63,156 nt of DNA, filler included, from Sphacelaria rigidula (GCA_964200075.2; 5 parts of 5 records of this genome joined end to end with filler, not necessarily neighbours in it); one strand, 5' to 3'; positions 12,206 through 25,305 are shown, counted from the whole stretch's first letter. The notes: generated by a model not told the origin, from the sequence alone. Made by a program: numbers and translations.

Positions 12206-12498
12206 CAATTTACCCAAAACGCGGGTATCTGATTGGTCGGTCAATTGCAGACCGAGGGGTTGTACCTGAGACTACTCGCTGGAGATAAAAGGTGGATAGA
12301 ACGGCAGAAATAATGTTGAAAATGTTTTGCACTACACAGATTACATTTTTTGTAAAAAAATGTATTGCTTACGGTATTGGCTTTGAAGTAGTCGATTCGT
12401 GAGTTCAGAGTCGATATGAGAGTAGTATGACGAGTCGGGATTCTAATTATATCGGGGCAGGGGTTGATAAAGTCGTACGGCTCGGGCGAGAAGCCAAA

Positions 12499-12553
12499 GA
12501 GCAATGCTACGGTAGGGGTGCACTTTTTTCGCGAAATTTTCTCTGGTTCAGGG
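12499..12553. mobile_element. Sola2-like MITE end, truncated by the contig end
   Basis: GAGCAATGCTACGGTAGGGGTGCACTTTTTTCGCGAAAT; near-identical to the reverse complement of 60327-60374. Confidence 0.7.
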
Positions 12554-12653
12554 NNNNNNNNNNNNNNNNNNNNNNNNNNNNNNNNNNNNNNNNNNNNTTA
12601 ATTAATTAANNNNNNNNNNNNNNNNNNNNNNNNNNNNNNNNNNNNNNNNNNNN
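12554..12653. other. Artificial contig linker (N44-TTAATTAATTAA-N44)
   Basis: Identical 100-nt structure with six-frame stops, present four times in the window. Confidence 0.97.
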
Positions 12654-14517
12654 GTCATAAGGTTTCGAGGTTACCAACTGAGCCACCGAGGCGACCGGCT
12701 CTACTGAATGACTGAAACGTACATGCAGTACTCGTAAGTTGACTGTGTGGTGTTACCAGCCGATACGAAAATGTTTTGATATTATAGACGTGCACGATGT
12801 GTGAGTTGCAGAGAATCACGTACTTGGCCCGCGTTTGGGCAGACAGCCGTAATCGTACAACGCCTATATCCACGTATCACAATTGATACTGCACTACGAC
12901 ACAAGAGAGGGAGAGGTTGCGAAGGGGAATGTTATGGCCGTGGCGTTGCGAAAAAGAATATCCAACATCGAGGTAGCGGCAGTCATGAAATGTAATTAAC
13001 GTGATATTAACAGGGATGCGTACGGAGGAAATCGCGTTTTTTTTTTCTTTTTGCTCTGAGATCAACAGTAAAACGAGTTTGACGCAAAGAAGGGCAAATA
13101 AAACAGCTGATGCTGACGAGGAGTCGAACCAGCGTGTTCGCGTTGCAAAATACATCGTCTTCCTCTCTCAGGAAGCCACTTGAAAAAAAAATCCGCGGTT
13201 TGAAATCCGTGAAGATTTCTCCACGGATTACGGTGTAAATCCGTAGCAGGAGCCGTACTATGAATCCGTCCGAAGCGGAATGTGCGCGGATCGAGTCCCC
13301 GTGTCTGTTACTTTTTCGTATTCTCTCTTTCATTCATATTACTTTTTCGTTCTGACGCTACAGTCTTCAATCCGTGGAACCACGGTTTTATCCGTACATA
13401 TCCCTGGATATTAGTATATTGTTATGCCCGCAACGGCAGATCCATGCAAACTCCTGGTTGCCAGGCGTGCGTGCCCACTTCACGTTCACCTCTTGCAAGA
13501 CTTCTGGAATCTACGGCACAGTTCCAGCGCGGGTACCCTCAGCGCTTTGACCTTCACTCCCTGCTTCTGCGGACATGTTCTTCTCTACTTGCTTCGACTT
13601 CCTTCTACAGTACCACCTACCGTTTCGGTACACCCGGCGCAGGCCGACGTTACCGGCAAACGTGTGCGCTGCAGTACAGCAACTACTATCGCCATCATCC
13701 AGCGATCAAGGGGGTACCCCTCCTCATAAACTCGGGTATCCCCCCTCCTCCAACCCCAGAATGAGGTTTGTGCGGCGAAAGAAGGGGTGGCTCATGGATT
13801 TCCCGATATGGGGCACCTCGGTGAGAGTAGATTCAAGAAGGTATTGGTTGGACCGGCGGGTCTGCACAAATATACTGTCCCCGGAACTGGTTCCACTATA
13901 TAGGCAGGTTCTATTAGTCTGCCTGTGTAGGCAGAAATAGGCCCGCTGTACGACGAGCGCTACTACTCGCACTGTTTGTGTTGTACGACGCGAAAACGCA
14001 CCCACGCGATCCTTGCGTGAAACTTGCAACTTGCACCCTGTCCTATACCAAAAACAAGTGAAACATTGAAAAAATCTTAACGAAAGGGCGGTCACGCAAC
14101 TTTAGGAGAAATCTCAGTATGGTATTCAAGTGGAAGCATATCCTCAACAATAATGCAGGTTGATTGAGGTGAAAGAAGATGATGATGCAGCAATCGTCCC
14201 CCCCCCCCCTTCCCCCTCCCCCTATTGTAGATAGACCATTGCGTGGTCTCCAGCTCGTATGTCTTATGCTGCTGTCTGTAAGGGGACGTTGCCCCCTTCC
14301 CGACTACAAGGCAGAAGGAGATACTGCTCTCTTTATGACTACGACTCGTACTGTACATACAGTTGTACAGTATCTCCGAAGATTTTTTTTTGAGTTGTGA
14401 ACTGTTGTGTCGAGAACGTAGAAACTGCGGAACGATGCTCAGGGGTTTGCAGGTGCCCGGAACCGGTTCTGAAGGCTGAGGACACCACCTGCCACCTGCC
14501 TTTTTTTCAAATACAAC

Positions 14518-17500
14518 ATGCATGATAATCTCTCCGCACTCCCGCTACATGAAACAAGCCCCACCCCCCAACAGAACATAGCCTCACCAGCAAGCCGAAG
14601 CCCCAAAGCCCCAATTACCATGGAACTCAGCATGGGTACCAACGTCACAACATCGCTGACGCCTTTCACCATGCGCCGGTGCACTAGCGACCCTTCAGGT
14701 CAACACCGCCGCAGGCGCCGTCGCAGCAATAACGACGGATCCAACGACCTCCAAAGTGTACCATCCCCATGGCCTCGCCCGTTCCAGTCAACGCCCATAA
14801 CCGCGCATGGCATCGCTGACACGGCTAGAGAGAACCACCAGGAGGCGACAGAAGGCGCTGCTATTACAGCTGCTGCACCGCTGGAGGCGCCGCTGCTTGT
14901 GCGACAGCTCACGGCGCCCGAGTGCGGTGGTACCGCCAAAGGTGGCACGGAACGTTTGAGGGTCAACCTGCGTTCGATCGGGGCCTTCCTTGAGAGGACG
15001 GCCGGCCGCGGGAGCGGTGCAGCGGCCGCGGCGGCAGCGGGCGATGGTACTGCTAATATTGAGGTGGTGAGTGTGGCCAGGCCTACGACTTATTCCAGCT
15101 ATTTACATGGTGAAATCTCGTTGGAGGAGGAGGTGAGGACAAGGAATTGCAGGGTGCACAAGGGTCAGGACTGGATCATATTATTATGTGGAATTATTCC
15201 AATACCAGCCCTTCACGAGGCACGCACTGAAGGCAAGCTCACGATTCGCGCGACTGTGTTCCGTGTATCAACGCTGTGTGCTGTGTTGGTTGTGGAGCAC
15301 TCTCCGACCCTGCGCAAGTAATAAATATCGGATAACATCTACTCGTTGTGGTGGCAAGGATTACACCTTGAGCCGCCGATTCGTAACATCGGTTCGAAAA
15401 ACATTCGGAGCATCCCATCCGGGCAGCTCTCCACGCCGATTTGATGTGTTGAGCTGTGTCTACAACACATATCGTGGGGGAGTCAGACGCCCTCAGATAG
15501 ATTCTGGCAAATCATGAAGAATGTTATTGTTTGGTTTTTGGTGAATAGCAGCACTCATGTTACCGGTCAGGGATCACGGCATGTGACGTTTGGGGGTGTT
15601 GGTCGCACACAGAGAGGGGTTGCTCAACTGCAGCGTCAGCTGCAGCGCCGAGGTTACGATTCATAACCTTTGACCGTCGGGGTGGATCTTCCGTGTCATG
15701 AATTCATTTTTCAAGTGAAACTGATGACACCCAACAGCGGGCCCACCCTGTCGGTCTAAGGGTTGAGCGCCAGCCGTTCATAGCGTTCCGAAATGAGTCC
15801 TGGCGCCCAAAGGGTGCGCGTATCAGAGAAGGAGGGGCGATTTACGGTAGTAGGTGTGGGGGAAGAGTGAATTCGGAATCCCTGAAAGGTGAAAATTGTA
15901 TCGCGGACCAAACATTCATCTCTTTGACGTAATTTAAATGTCCATCAGTAGTCTCCTGTGAAGGATACCTAAGGATCGTGAAACAGCGGCCATGAGGTAG
16001 ACGACCCCTGTACTCAGAAAATATCATACAGCGCCGCGGTTTTCAGCACACCCGCTGCGAGCAAAATTCAGCCTGTAAACAAAAATCAACAAAAATCATG
16101 GAGAGTATTCCACACGTCGGACAAGCACGAGTGTGACTCGTGGCACTCGTACTCGTTGGGCTGCTCGTTGTGGAAAAAAATTAATAGAGTGAGTACTCGA
16201 GTCACTGCTCGTTGTGTAAAAAATCAATAGGGCGAGCACTCGAGTCACTGCTCGTTGTGCAACAAACTGATAGGGCGAGCACTCGAGTCATTGCTCGTTG
16301 TGTAAAAACGTTAACAGGGTGAGCACTCGAGTCATTGCTCGTTAAAAAAGTTAATAGGGCGAGCACTCGAGTCATTGCTCTTTGTGTAAAAAAGTTGATA
16401 GGGTGAGCACTCGACTCATTGCTCGTTGTGGAAAAAAATAATGAGGCAAGCACTCGAGTCATTGCTCGTTGTAAGAAAAGCAATGGCTCGAGCGCACGAG
16501 TCATGCTCGTTGTGTTTTCAAAAAATATCCGCGAGTGCATTCGTTTCGACGAGTAATCACTCGTCGGACATGTGGAGTATTCATTCGACCTCCGAGGTTA
16601 TCGCAACTGACGCGTAGAACGTCCGGGAAATCGAGCTTTGTAGCTTGAATTGTTCAAGTACTTGTCCCCGCCCTCACGTCGCTGATCAACCTCTTCCCCC
16701 CCACCTCGCGGCCCAATTCAACCACAGGAAAACTTTGTTGCCAGACAGAAAGGACCACTGCAAACGAAAAAGGGCGCATGTATCGTCTGCCTTACGGACG
16801 ATATGGACGTGCTAGATGCGACTTGGCTGCACGAGCGAGGAGGAGGCGAGTCTGAGACGGGGAATAAAAGTACTGGGAAAAGTGCTGAGGGTGGCGGAGT
16901 AGCAGGCGGCAGGTGTCCTGTGTCTGCGTGTTTAGAATGCCTCAAGAGGTACTTCGAGGTAAGCTGGTTTTTGAACGATTTGGTTGGGAATAGCCACGGG
17001 GGGGCGTGTGATTTATGCCTCGAGGGGAAAAAATCCGGCTAGCACAATAGTTTTCCTCCTCTGTCTCCGTCTGTCTCTTCTCTCTTTGTCTCTCTGAGGC
17101 GCGTAGACCTCCTCTTGTTTCGCTATTGTCCAGTTTTTTAAATTCTATTTGGGGCGTCGATGTTTTTTTGTGGCTACTTGTACGTGTTTCTCATGCCTAC
17201 CCACTTCCAAGCACGTACCCCACAGTTGCATGCTACCCGATGTATATCTTTCATATCTTTCACACCCTGGACAAAAACAACGCATGGTCCATAGTTGCAA
17301 TAAACAAAATGTACTGCGTCAATCATGGGCTTATTGCAGCTATTGTAGACTAACACAGTATAGTTCTTGTATATTGCAACTAAAGTATTCACCATATATA
17401 TATATATTGTTCAGGGTGTGGTGTCTATATCCTCGTCATGAATGGCCTATTCATTCAAGCTGCTTTCCCGCCGTCGCGTACTGTACGCTTGTCGTGTGTG

Positions 17501-20500
17501 TACGAAAACCCATCATGGGCTAACCTTCTTCTCTCACCAGGGCATCGTAGAGTCCGGATTTAATGGGGCCTGTCCCCGAATGCGATGCATGAGCTGCCCT
17601 CGAGTGGTGTGCGAGCAGGCTTGGGGGGCGTTGGTAGACGCCTCCGTGCTGGAGACCTTCCACGACAGAGCTGCGACACTTCTATCTCTTCAGGTGTGTG
17701 ATTGATTACATGTGGAAAATAGAGGAGATATATTTTCTCTTTCCATCAGTACATATAAACGATTCAGTTCCTGTCGGAAACTACAGAACCGGCATTGCGA
17801 GGGAAGGGGTCTTATTTACGAGGCAGTTTTTCAGATTTATTCGACCTTCTTCGAATATTTGGACTTTTCATCTGACGTACCCGAAGCAAATGCTGAGAAA
17901 AAATGTTGAAAAAAAGTTCCAACGCTAGACTTCCGGAGAAATCTGTAGCCAGTCTTAAGCTGATCTATTTGTCTGACCTATCAATAGTTTAAAAGTCCGC
18001 TCTAACATTTCTGGGAGAACGAGCATTTTCCAGAGATATTCTGAGATTTTTGGGGAGAAAACAGACCCATTGAAACGTGCCCTATCCTGCAAGTATTGTC
18101 TATTCGGTATACTAAAAAATCGGCTCCCGTCGTTGAAGGTGATGGTACTGTAGTGCTGAGCTGGTTTTGTGCTGTTCATGTCGTCTTGCGGTGTACGGAC
18201 ATCATCACTTGGTGCACTTGATTGCGCTGTCATGTATCCCATGAATCATGTGGGCATTACTTTAATCCACATAGCGTTGTGTTTTGTGTATTGAAGGTGT
18301 TCACTATTATTGAGGTAAGCAGTTCACATATCGTTATGCGATAGTGGCTTTTCTTTATCATACTTGTAAATCGAGCTCCCCCTCCTCCCCCCTGCACTCC
18401 CGCCGCGCGTCGACGTTCTTCGAATCTTTCACTGACTCACCTTCTCATGCGTTCCACGATGGAAACCAGTAAAGTGCACCATGACCGTCGGAATTCGAAT
18501 CCGTCACTTCTATTCCTCCGCCAAAACTAGCCGCTGATGTACCCCTTCTTTGACGACCGTCTGGGCGTTACGGCACCCTGTATAGACGATGCTCTCTCTC
18601 TTGCGGTGTTCGTTCTCTCGGTGTACACATGCCTTCTTTTTTTGGCCTACAGTATTGGGCAGTCTAAATATTTAGGGGTGTTTTGGGGTTTTCCTCGCGT
18701 ACTACTCTTCGACAGAAGTCGAAATTGCTAGCGTCGGTAGATTTTGGTACAACACAACAGATCATTCTCGGAACACAGTGCCCACGTCGGTGTATGTTGG
18801 TGTTATCGGGCGAAAAGAGTGGGCACCCCATTCATCAGGAGGGTGTTATTGACCGTGAAACACAGTTTTTCGGCCCTAGTGCAATGAGTAGGCAGAATTT
18901 CAAAAATGAAACTGTACTTTTTTTTTCAAATATGACATTTTTTACAAATATGATCAGGACAGGCTCGATCGACCGATAGTGCAGAAGAGTAAGAAAATGG
19001 GCTGAAACGTGGCAGGACCCCCGATGACCGGTCAGCCCGTACGTTAGTCGATATTGAGTACAGGCGGTGTTTTCTTCTTGGAATGTGGAGCGGATACAAA
19101 TATCTATAGACCCTCGGTGTGATGAGCGGTTGCAAGCGAAAAGAGCCCAAGAATGTCGCCAATTACGAAAAAATCACAAAATGCCACAAAATGAATAGTT
19201 AGATCGCCCACTACTGTATTTCTGTTTGTGTGTCCAATCTGCTTGTTCGTCATCGAATGAATAGCGCGTGAAAAGATGCTCACTTCCTCTCTGCCGTTTT
19301 ATGTTTTGATGTCACGGTTTTGTTTCGCTCAGACATCCCTTGTTCAATGTATTCCTCGGTTTTGCCTTTTTCTGCTCTTCCTACCTCAGTTTACGTTGCT
19401 TCAGCGACTTTTTTTTCCCCGTTTCTGTTTTGTAGTCTGGAGTACGTATAGCTACTCCAGTCTCACCTCGATCGGATCATGACAGTGGCGGGTCAGGTGA
19501 TCACGTGAGGCAACCACCCAATCAAACAATCAACCAACCACTCGTGCATGTCGTCCCCTTTCCCTTCAGCTCCTTGTGTGTGTTTTTTTTCTTCTGTCAC
19601 TGTTTTGGTGGATTTCGCTCTAGTGAGCAACCAATCAATCGATTACTACGCACGTACACAACACTAAATTCTCTCCTTCTTGCGTGTGTGATTGTGCCTT
19701 TTCATGCTTTCGTCTCGTTTTTTTTCGTGTGTTTCTCTCGTGTAACGTCGCCTTGCCCCCTGGTACATACGTACGGACGGACGTGGATAAACCGCACAGT
19801 GCGGCTCTTGCGATTTCCGGGATAGCATCATGGTCATCCCTCCGCCAGACCATTCCTACACGTGAGTACCATACTGTATAAAATACCCGTCATCCGGTTC
19901 AATAATTAGACACCGAGTAATGCCCCTGCGGCTGGGGATATTAACAGACAATTTCGGAAGACCGTCAGCGCAACGTTTTTGAGTGAAAACATCTAACTTA
20001 CTGGGTAGTTGAACTGAACTCTTCTGAGACCGATCCCCGCTCGCTTCCTCCCTCTTATACCTATCCCCCCGTCTCCGCCGCCGGCTCCGTCTCGAAAGGG
20101 ATGCGTGGTCAGTGGTCAAACGTCTAAGGCAAGCAACAAATGAGTACGTCCCCCCCTTTCCCCCTCAGCCTGGTCCGGCGAGAACCCGGCGAGAACCCGG
20201 CGTGGCTGTCTCTGGAAGTGGCGACATCAGAAAATGAAGCAACTCATTGTAGGCTGCCATCCAAATGCAAGATAATCACTAGGCTCCGGGTCGAACAATC
20301 TTAGCAGGGCGCAGCTCATCCTTAATGCGACTCGCCGAACTCACCACGACGCTTCGCGCTTGGTGATTGAGTGCGAACCTGGTCCGGCGTGCTCCGTCCC
20401 GGCTTTGTAGGGATGCGAGGTCAATGGTCTTATGAGTATGGCATGCATGATCATGAGCACCCGCCCCCCCACCCCCGGTCCTCCCACATCATCCTGGCCG

Positions 20501-21822
20501 ATGCAGTACCGCCACGGAAGCCGTCATCAAGAACGTTGTGCACCAATCTGGCGATGGGAAGAGCCCTTCCGCGGAGCCGTCGGAAGAACCTTCTACGGAA
20601 TCGCCAGAAGCACTTCCAGCAGAAGCTCCCCAAGGTCTTGAGCGACTGTCTGAAGCAGAAAACGGAGAGGAGAAAGAAGATGTCTCTGCTCCGTTCCCCA
20701 ACGTCGGGTCAGCGGAATATAGTAGCATGGCAGAAAGGAAAACGATGGGAGAAGAGTTTCGCGCGGCTCTGAGGCGTTACTCCACGGGAGATGACACCGA
20801 CGTGGCCAAGTTTTACGATGAGGTAGAGAGATGCTTATCTCCCGGCGATGCGGAGAACGCTCAGGCGCGCATGGAGGGTGTTCTGCTGTGTGTCGAGGGT
20901 GAGTTCCAGGGAGAGGTGAGACGGGAAGTGGGAGAGTAGGGAGGGGAAGAATGGGAGGGGGGGGGGGGGGGGAGGGGGGGATAAGGGGGGCTCGAGGGCG
21001 TAGAAATCCGCAGGTGAGGGCGGCGGGGTAAGGGGCTTTTTGGTNNNNNNNNNNGGGGGGGGGAGGGGGGGAGGGGGGGGGGGGGGGGGGGGTGGGGGGG
21101 TGGGGGGGGGGGTGGGGGTGGCGGGGGGGATAGGGGGGGCTCGAGGACGTAGAAATCATCAGGTCAGACAGTCGGGGTAAGTGCCTTTTTGATTCGTTGA
21201 TCAAGAACATGATGGGGACGTAGGCATCATTCGCCCCAAATATTGAATCTTGGTAACGAGTTTTGAGAGAGAAAGAAAAATAAAACCACTGTGCTCAGCG
21301 TCAGGAGGGATTGATGATAACCTGACAAAAAAACGCGGTCTACTTCAGGTGGGAAATGTGTTCCGTTAGGACTGTAGAGACGACCATGATGAGCATGAGG
21401 CCGAAGATGATCGGAAGGAATTCCGGCTGCGAGAAGTTGTGATGTGTATGCCGAGGGTCTGAAATCTCGACCATTCGCGTATGAAAAAAGCTTGACGAGA
21501 CAATCGTGACCATCTACCACGTGAAACATAATTAAGCAGTACATAAAAGTCTATGGTAGTTTTATCGCGGAAGTATATTAGCCCCCATCGTGCTGGTGAG
21601 GGTTTTGAAGCTCCCCCAGTCTGGTACCGTCAACGTCGTAACCACCAGTGTCATCACGATGTTGTTTCCCTCCACCGCCTCATCCCCAACCGTTGTAACC
21701 AAAATATCCACAAAAACCAAAATGGGAGCAGACTACGAGAGGAGGGCGAGCCTTCACATTCGGTTCTTGAAGTTCCACCCCATGATCCTATCGCGCTGCT
21801 GCGGGGACCTGCACTGTTTCAG
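14518..21822 (+). CDS. Partial multi-exon gene for a RING/IBR (RBR-like) zinc-finger protein, probable E3 ubiquitin ligase; exons 14518-15132, 16728-16958, 17541-17693, 19800-19861, 20507-20898, 21732-21822; 3' end not found in the contig
   Basis: All six exons have AG/GT boundaries and join in phase (0,0,0,2,1; the last ends in phase 2). The spliced product has CIVC...CPVSACLECLKRYFE|GIVESGFNGACPRMRCMSCP (RING1-like), then LLSLQ|CGSC, and later DYERRASLHIRFLKFHPMILSRCCGDLHCFR| (IBR-like). Start codon uncertain. Confidence 0.78.
15667..15762. mobile_element. Tiny piggyBac-like MITE
   Basis: ATAA|CCTTTGACCGTCGGGGTGG ... CCACCCTGTCGGTCTAAGGG|TTGA; degenerate TTAA flanks. Confidence 0.45.
16108..16577. 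mobile_element. Tc1/mariner-like MITE filled with a ~43-bp tandem array (about 9 units)
   Basis: TA|TTCCACACGTCGGAC ... GTCGGACATGTGGAG|TA. Internal unit TAGGGYGAGCACTCGAGTCAYTGCTCGTTGTG plus an A-rich linker. Confidence 0.75.
17261..17420. mobile_element. Small MITE with CACACCCTGGACAA...TTGTTCAGGGTGTG termini
   Basis: 14-bp TIR with one mismatch; termini related to 12068-12205. Confidence 0.55.
18650..19216 (+). mobile_element. Tc1/pogo-like non-autonomous element
   Basis: TA|CAGTATTGGGCAGTCT ... AGATCGCCCACTACTG|TA. A diverged copy lies in reverse orientation at ~30146-30667. Confidence 0.7.
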
Positions 21823-22779
21823 GTATGATGAGAGTCCTTAATCAAACAGCATTGATTGATTGATTAAATTGATTGATTGATTCATTCGTGCATGTCTATG
21901 TATGTATGTATGTATGTATACACATGCTGTCCAGTGCCGGTTGGCATCTGTATATTGAGTTTCCGGGACGAGGCACTTGCCATGAGATATACGCGAGGGG
22001 TGGTTGATCGAGGATCGTCAAACAGCTCAACTAATGCTGCCACAAAATCATGTTCTGTCCTTCTTCGTGCTTTCTTGTTTTCCCGATTTTTCCGAGCACC
22101 CTCCCGTGAGTGTTTCCGTTTAACTACCTTGCGTACGTCTATCTTGCGATCAATGGAGTCGATTAGTTCACCCAACCATCGATCTTTTGTTGCCTCATCG
22201 TCCCCATCCCCGAAGACACAATGATATTGGATAATAAACCCGGTCCATTTTACAGGTCTCATACCCCCCCCCTCATATTCTTCACCACGCGACGGAAACA
22301 ACTTCCATGTTTCACCGCTCACCGCGGTTCTGATACGTTTGCGGCCGTGCACTCTTCTCCCTCTATCGTTAAGCAATCGACTCCTATCCCGCATGTACCC
22401 GACACAGATGCAGGAAGTTCGGCGGCCATGAGGGGCAGAGCTGCGAGCAGTTCCAGGCCGGACGGGAGTTCCAGGACGTTCTGGCATGTCCCGGCTGCGG
22501 CGTGCACTTGGTCAAGGGGGACGGTGCGTACAATGTCACAAAAAAACACTGTTGCTTTCGTTGCCATTTGTGCTCTGTGCCCGCTTCGAAGAAAATGCAG
22601 TTTATTTTCGCCCGGTCGAATACAGTAAGTAAGTGAAGTTTTGCTTGCGGTCAGGTTTCATGCGAACGCGGTCATTTTCATGCGAGAATCGCATCGCGCA
22701 CGAGTGTAATCTATCCTAATTGAGGTTTTGTTTGTATGAATATATTCAGCTTTACCGGTTGTGTGGTCCATCAGCTTGT

Positions 22780-24760
22780 CGATGAAAGAAAGTCCATCGG
22801 CTGCGGCAATTCAGATCCGATACTCGAAACAGAAGTGGTTTGCGAGTGTAATTCAAGCGCTCCTGGGGTACCTCGTCGCCTTGAAGTTAGCTGTCAGACG
22901 CGGTTAATCGACAATTGACACGCATTTCATCCGTAACATAAACACGGGATTTTCCGAATTGCGGGTAGATTAGTCTTTTTGACGATGTATCATGAACTTC
23001 GGCCTAGTCGCCTTGGAGAAGGCAGCCTCAGTACACGTTTTGCCCTGATATATCTGACGAACAGAGGCTCAAGCCGTGTGTGCCAGATTGCAATGCCCAG
23101 CTGGATAGAGCAAATCAATATAGATCCAATCACAGTCGTAGCAATTGAATCCAGATATTCACATAAATCAATTCGATTATCTCCTAGTAGTCTACAATAC
23201 GAACCGGAGCCAGTAGTTTCCCCACGACCAAAAAGCTCACTGGTAAGGACTCACTTGGAACTCAGAGCAACGGCGGTGAAGCTCGTGATGTCCTGGGCCC
23301 AAATAGAGTGATCTCGGATGGGTGCTCGGGGGGGCCGTGTGACTACCTTACGCAGGAATTATATCCGTAACTAATCATGATCTAATCACCAAAAATCGGA
23401 TATCTTCCATCCAACGAACGTTCCGGGAATACTATCCGTTGTGCACATTACCATTCGATGTGCAGACATCAACCATACTGCATCTCTCATCGACTCTATA
23501 GAACATAAAAAATTGGATCTTTCAACAAGCGGACGTCTCTCGACGGCTATAACCAAGAGTCATATCCAAACGTTCATTTACTGCGAGATCTCTATGTCCA
23601 GAACGCTGCTGTACCTTATCGACGCTAGTCCCTTCAAATACCATAACAGATGAACCTTCAAGAACCTTCGTGGACATCGAAAATATTTTTGAAAATAAAT
23701 CAAATGCACGTGCACTATCCGGCCGCGATGTGTGACCTTGCTCATCCTTGAAATAGAAAACATCCGTAATTTCGGAATTTGGACAAATATGGACATTTTT
23801 TTTTGTATGGGAATGGGCGGAGGTCAAAATTGTTCGGTGGAAACACGGGATGTTACGAATTGCGGATGTGTTCTTTTGATGATGGGCGAGGCCACGCATG
23901 ACCGCTGCAGAGTGCATTTGCGTTTTTGCTTCCCCCCCCCGAAAACATTTCGATTCTTATAAAAGCTTTCCAAGGCTCATCCTTAACAAAAAATCCATAC
24001 GCAATTTGTGAAATCCCGTGTTGGTGTAGGGAAGGCACACGCTTCGATTGAGTTAAACTGACACGTTGAATGCACGGAAAGGATAACCGTTTCCTCCGCT
24101 AAATTGAGGAGATACGTTTGACAAGAGACACGGAAAGCGTGTCTCTCCCAAAGCGAATTCACTGAAAAGGTAAAAAAAAAAACAGCCTGCCAAGTACACA
24201 CGCGAGTACTATTATTGTATGACTCTCGTCTTGCGTATATAAAAACACAAACAAGAGGTATCAATTTAATTCAACACCGCCGACCGATTGATCGAACGAG
24301 CTCCTCGTATACCTTCAAATACCAACAAAGATGTCGAGGACGCTTTGATAAGAGAGTAGTATATCTATTTCGTAACGTGAATCGACGTCATAATCAGAAC
24401 ACCGTAGTCGTATTGAAATGTTTAAATGGAGAGTTTCGGAAAATGCTTTTTTGTCATTTCAGAGTGCAAATATCTCAGGACCAGAGTGCAGAAGCAAAAA
24501 AAATGAAATTTCATCGAAAAAAGTTGAGGGAATACCATGTTTGACGAAGACGGAAATCATTTTTTATTGCCCTCTGATTCTGAGATCTTCGCACTGTGAA
24601 TTTACAGAAAAGCGTTTCCCGAAACTCTCTAATGTCCAAAGATCAGATCTCACTCAACTGGTGTCTCCATGGGTGTACTCCCATCGTCCACAGCCGTTTA
24701 CCTCAGCTGGACAATGTCCACTCAGTTTCTATTGGCTACCATGATGTCAAACTTCCTGGC
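22780..24760 (+). pseudogene. Decayed MULE (Mutator-like) transposase with SWIM-like finger
   Basis: Motifs occur in the expected order across frameshifts: VCEC..RRLEVSCQTRL (FAR1/WRKY-like DNA-binding domain); LDKYGHFF/CMG..; SFDDGRGHA*PLQSAFAFLL...ENISILIKAFQ; MHGKDNRFLR*IEE; ACQVH (CxxH); DLT/NWC...FTSAGQC (SWIM-like). Many stops. Confidence 0.5.
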
Positions 24761-25205
24761 TATAATAGCTCTTGATCGGGTTTACATACTTTACGTATTC
24801 AGTGGAGGACTCAGCGCTGTTGCTTGGTGCAAATCGTGTCAACTTTTTTTGATCTGAATGATTTGATTGATTCACTGATTGTCGGTTTAACCGACCCCCC
24901 AGGGGTCCAGCCGTGGTCTCGTGATAGACGTACCCAAAAAAACGATACTGAAACACGCTCTAAGGAAAAAAGAAGAGGAAAGAAAAAGGAACAGAAAAAA
25001 AAAGAAAAAAAAGCAGAAAGAGGGGTCGAACAGAACGACATAGCAGACTAAATATGGATCTTATTTATCACCGGACAATGTTTTTCGAGTTTTTTTCCTT
25101 CTGCCGAAAAAGATGAACTTTGTTTCCGACTTCTTCCCCCCCCCACCTCTGACCTTGTTTCCACCCTCCACGCCACGCGGTCCCTTTTCATCTTCCCGAT
25201 TAAGT

Positions 25206-25305
25206 NNNNNNNNNNNNNNNNNNNNNNNNNNNNNNNNNNNNNNNNNNNNTTAATTAATTAANNNNNNNNNNNNNNNNNNNNNNNNNNNNNNNNNNNNNNN
25301 NNNNN
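25206..25305. other. Artificial contig linker
   Basis: N44-TTAATTAATTAA-N44. Confidence 0.97.

Noticed and set aside
12598-12609. TTAATTAATTAA as a biological motif or piggyBac site
   Set aside because: It is a synthetic six-frame-stop spacer embedded in Ns.
11802-14518. Head-to-head pair of the EsV-1-7 gene and the RBR gene sharing a promoter
   Set aside because: An artificial linker separates them; they lie on different contigs.
16120-16535. CRISPR-like array
   Set aside because: The linkers are short and similar to each other, there are no cas genes, the context is a eukaryotic intron, and the array is enclosed by MITE TIRs.
23560-23680. Tyrosine recombinase (Crypton) box II-like text VQQRSGHRD on the minus strand
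   Set aside because: There is no HxxR motif or catalytic Tyr, and the opposite strand fits a MULE transposase better.
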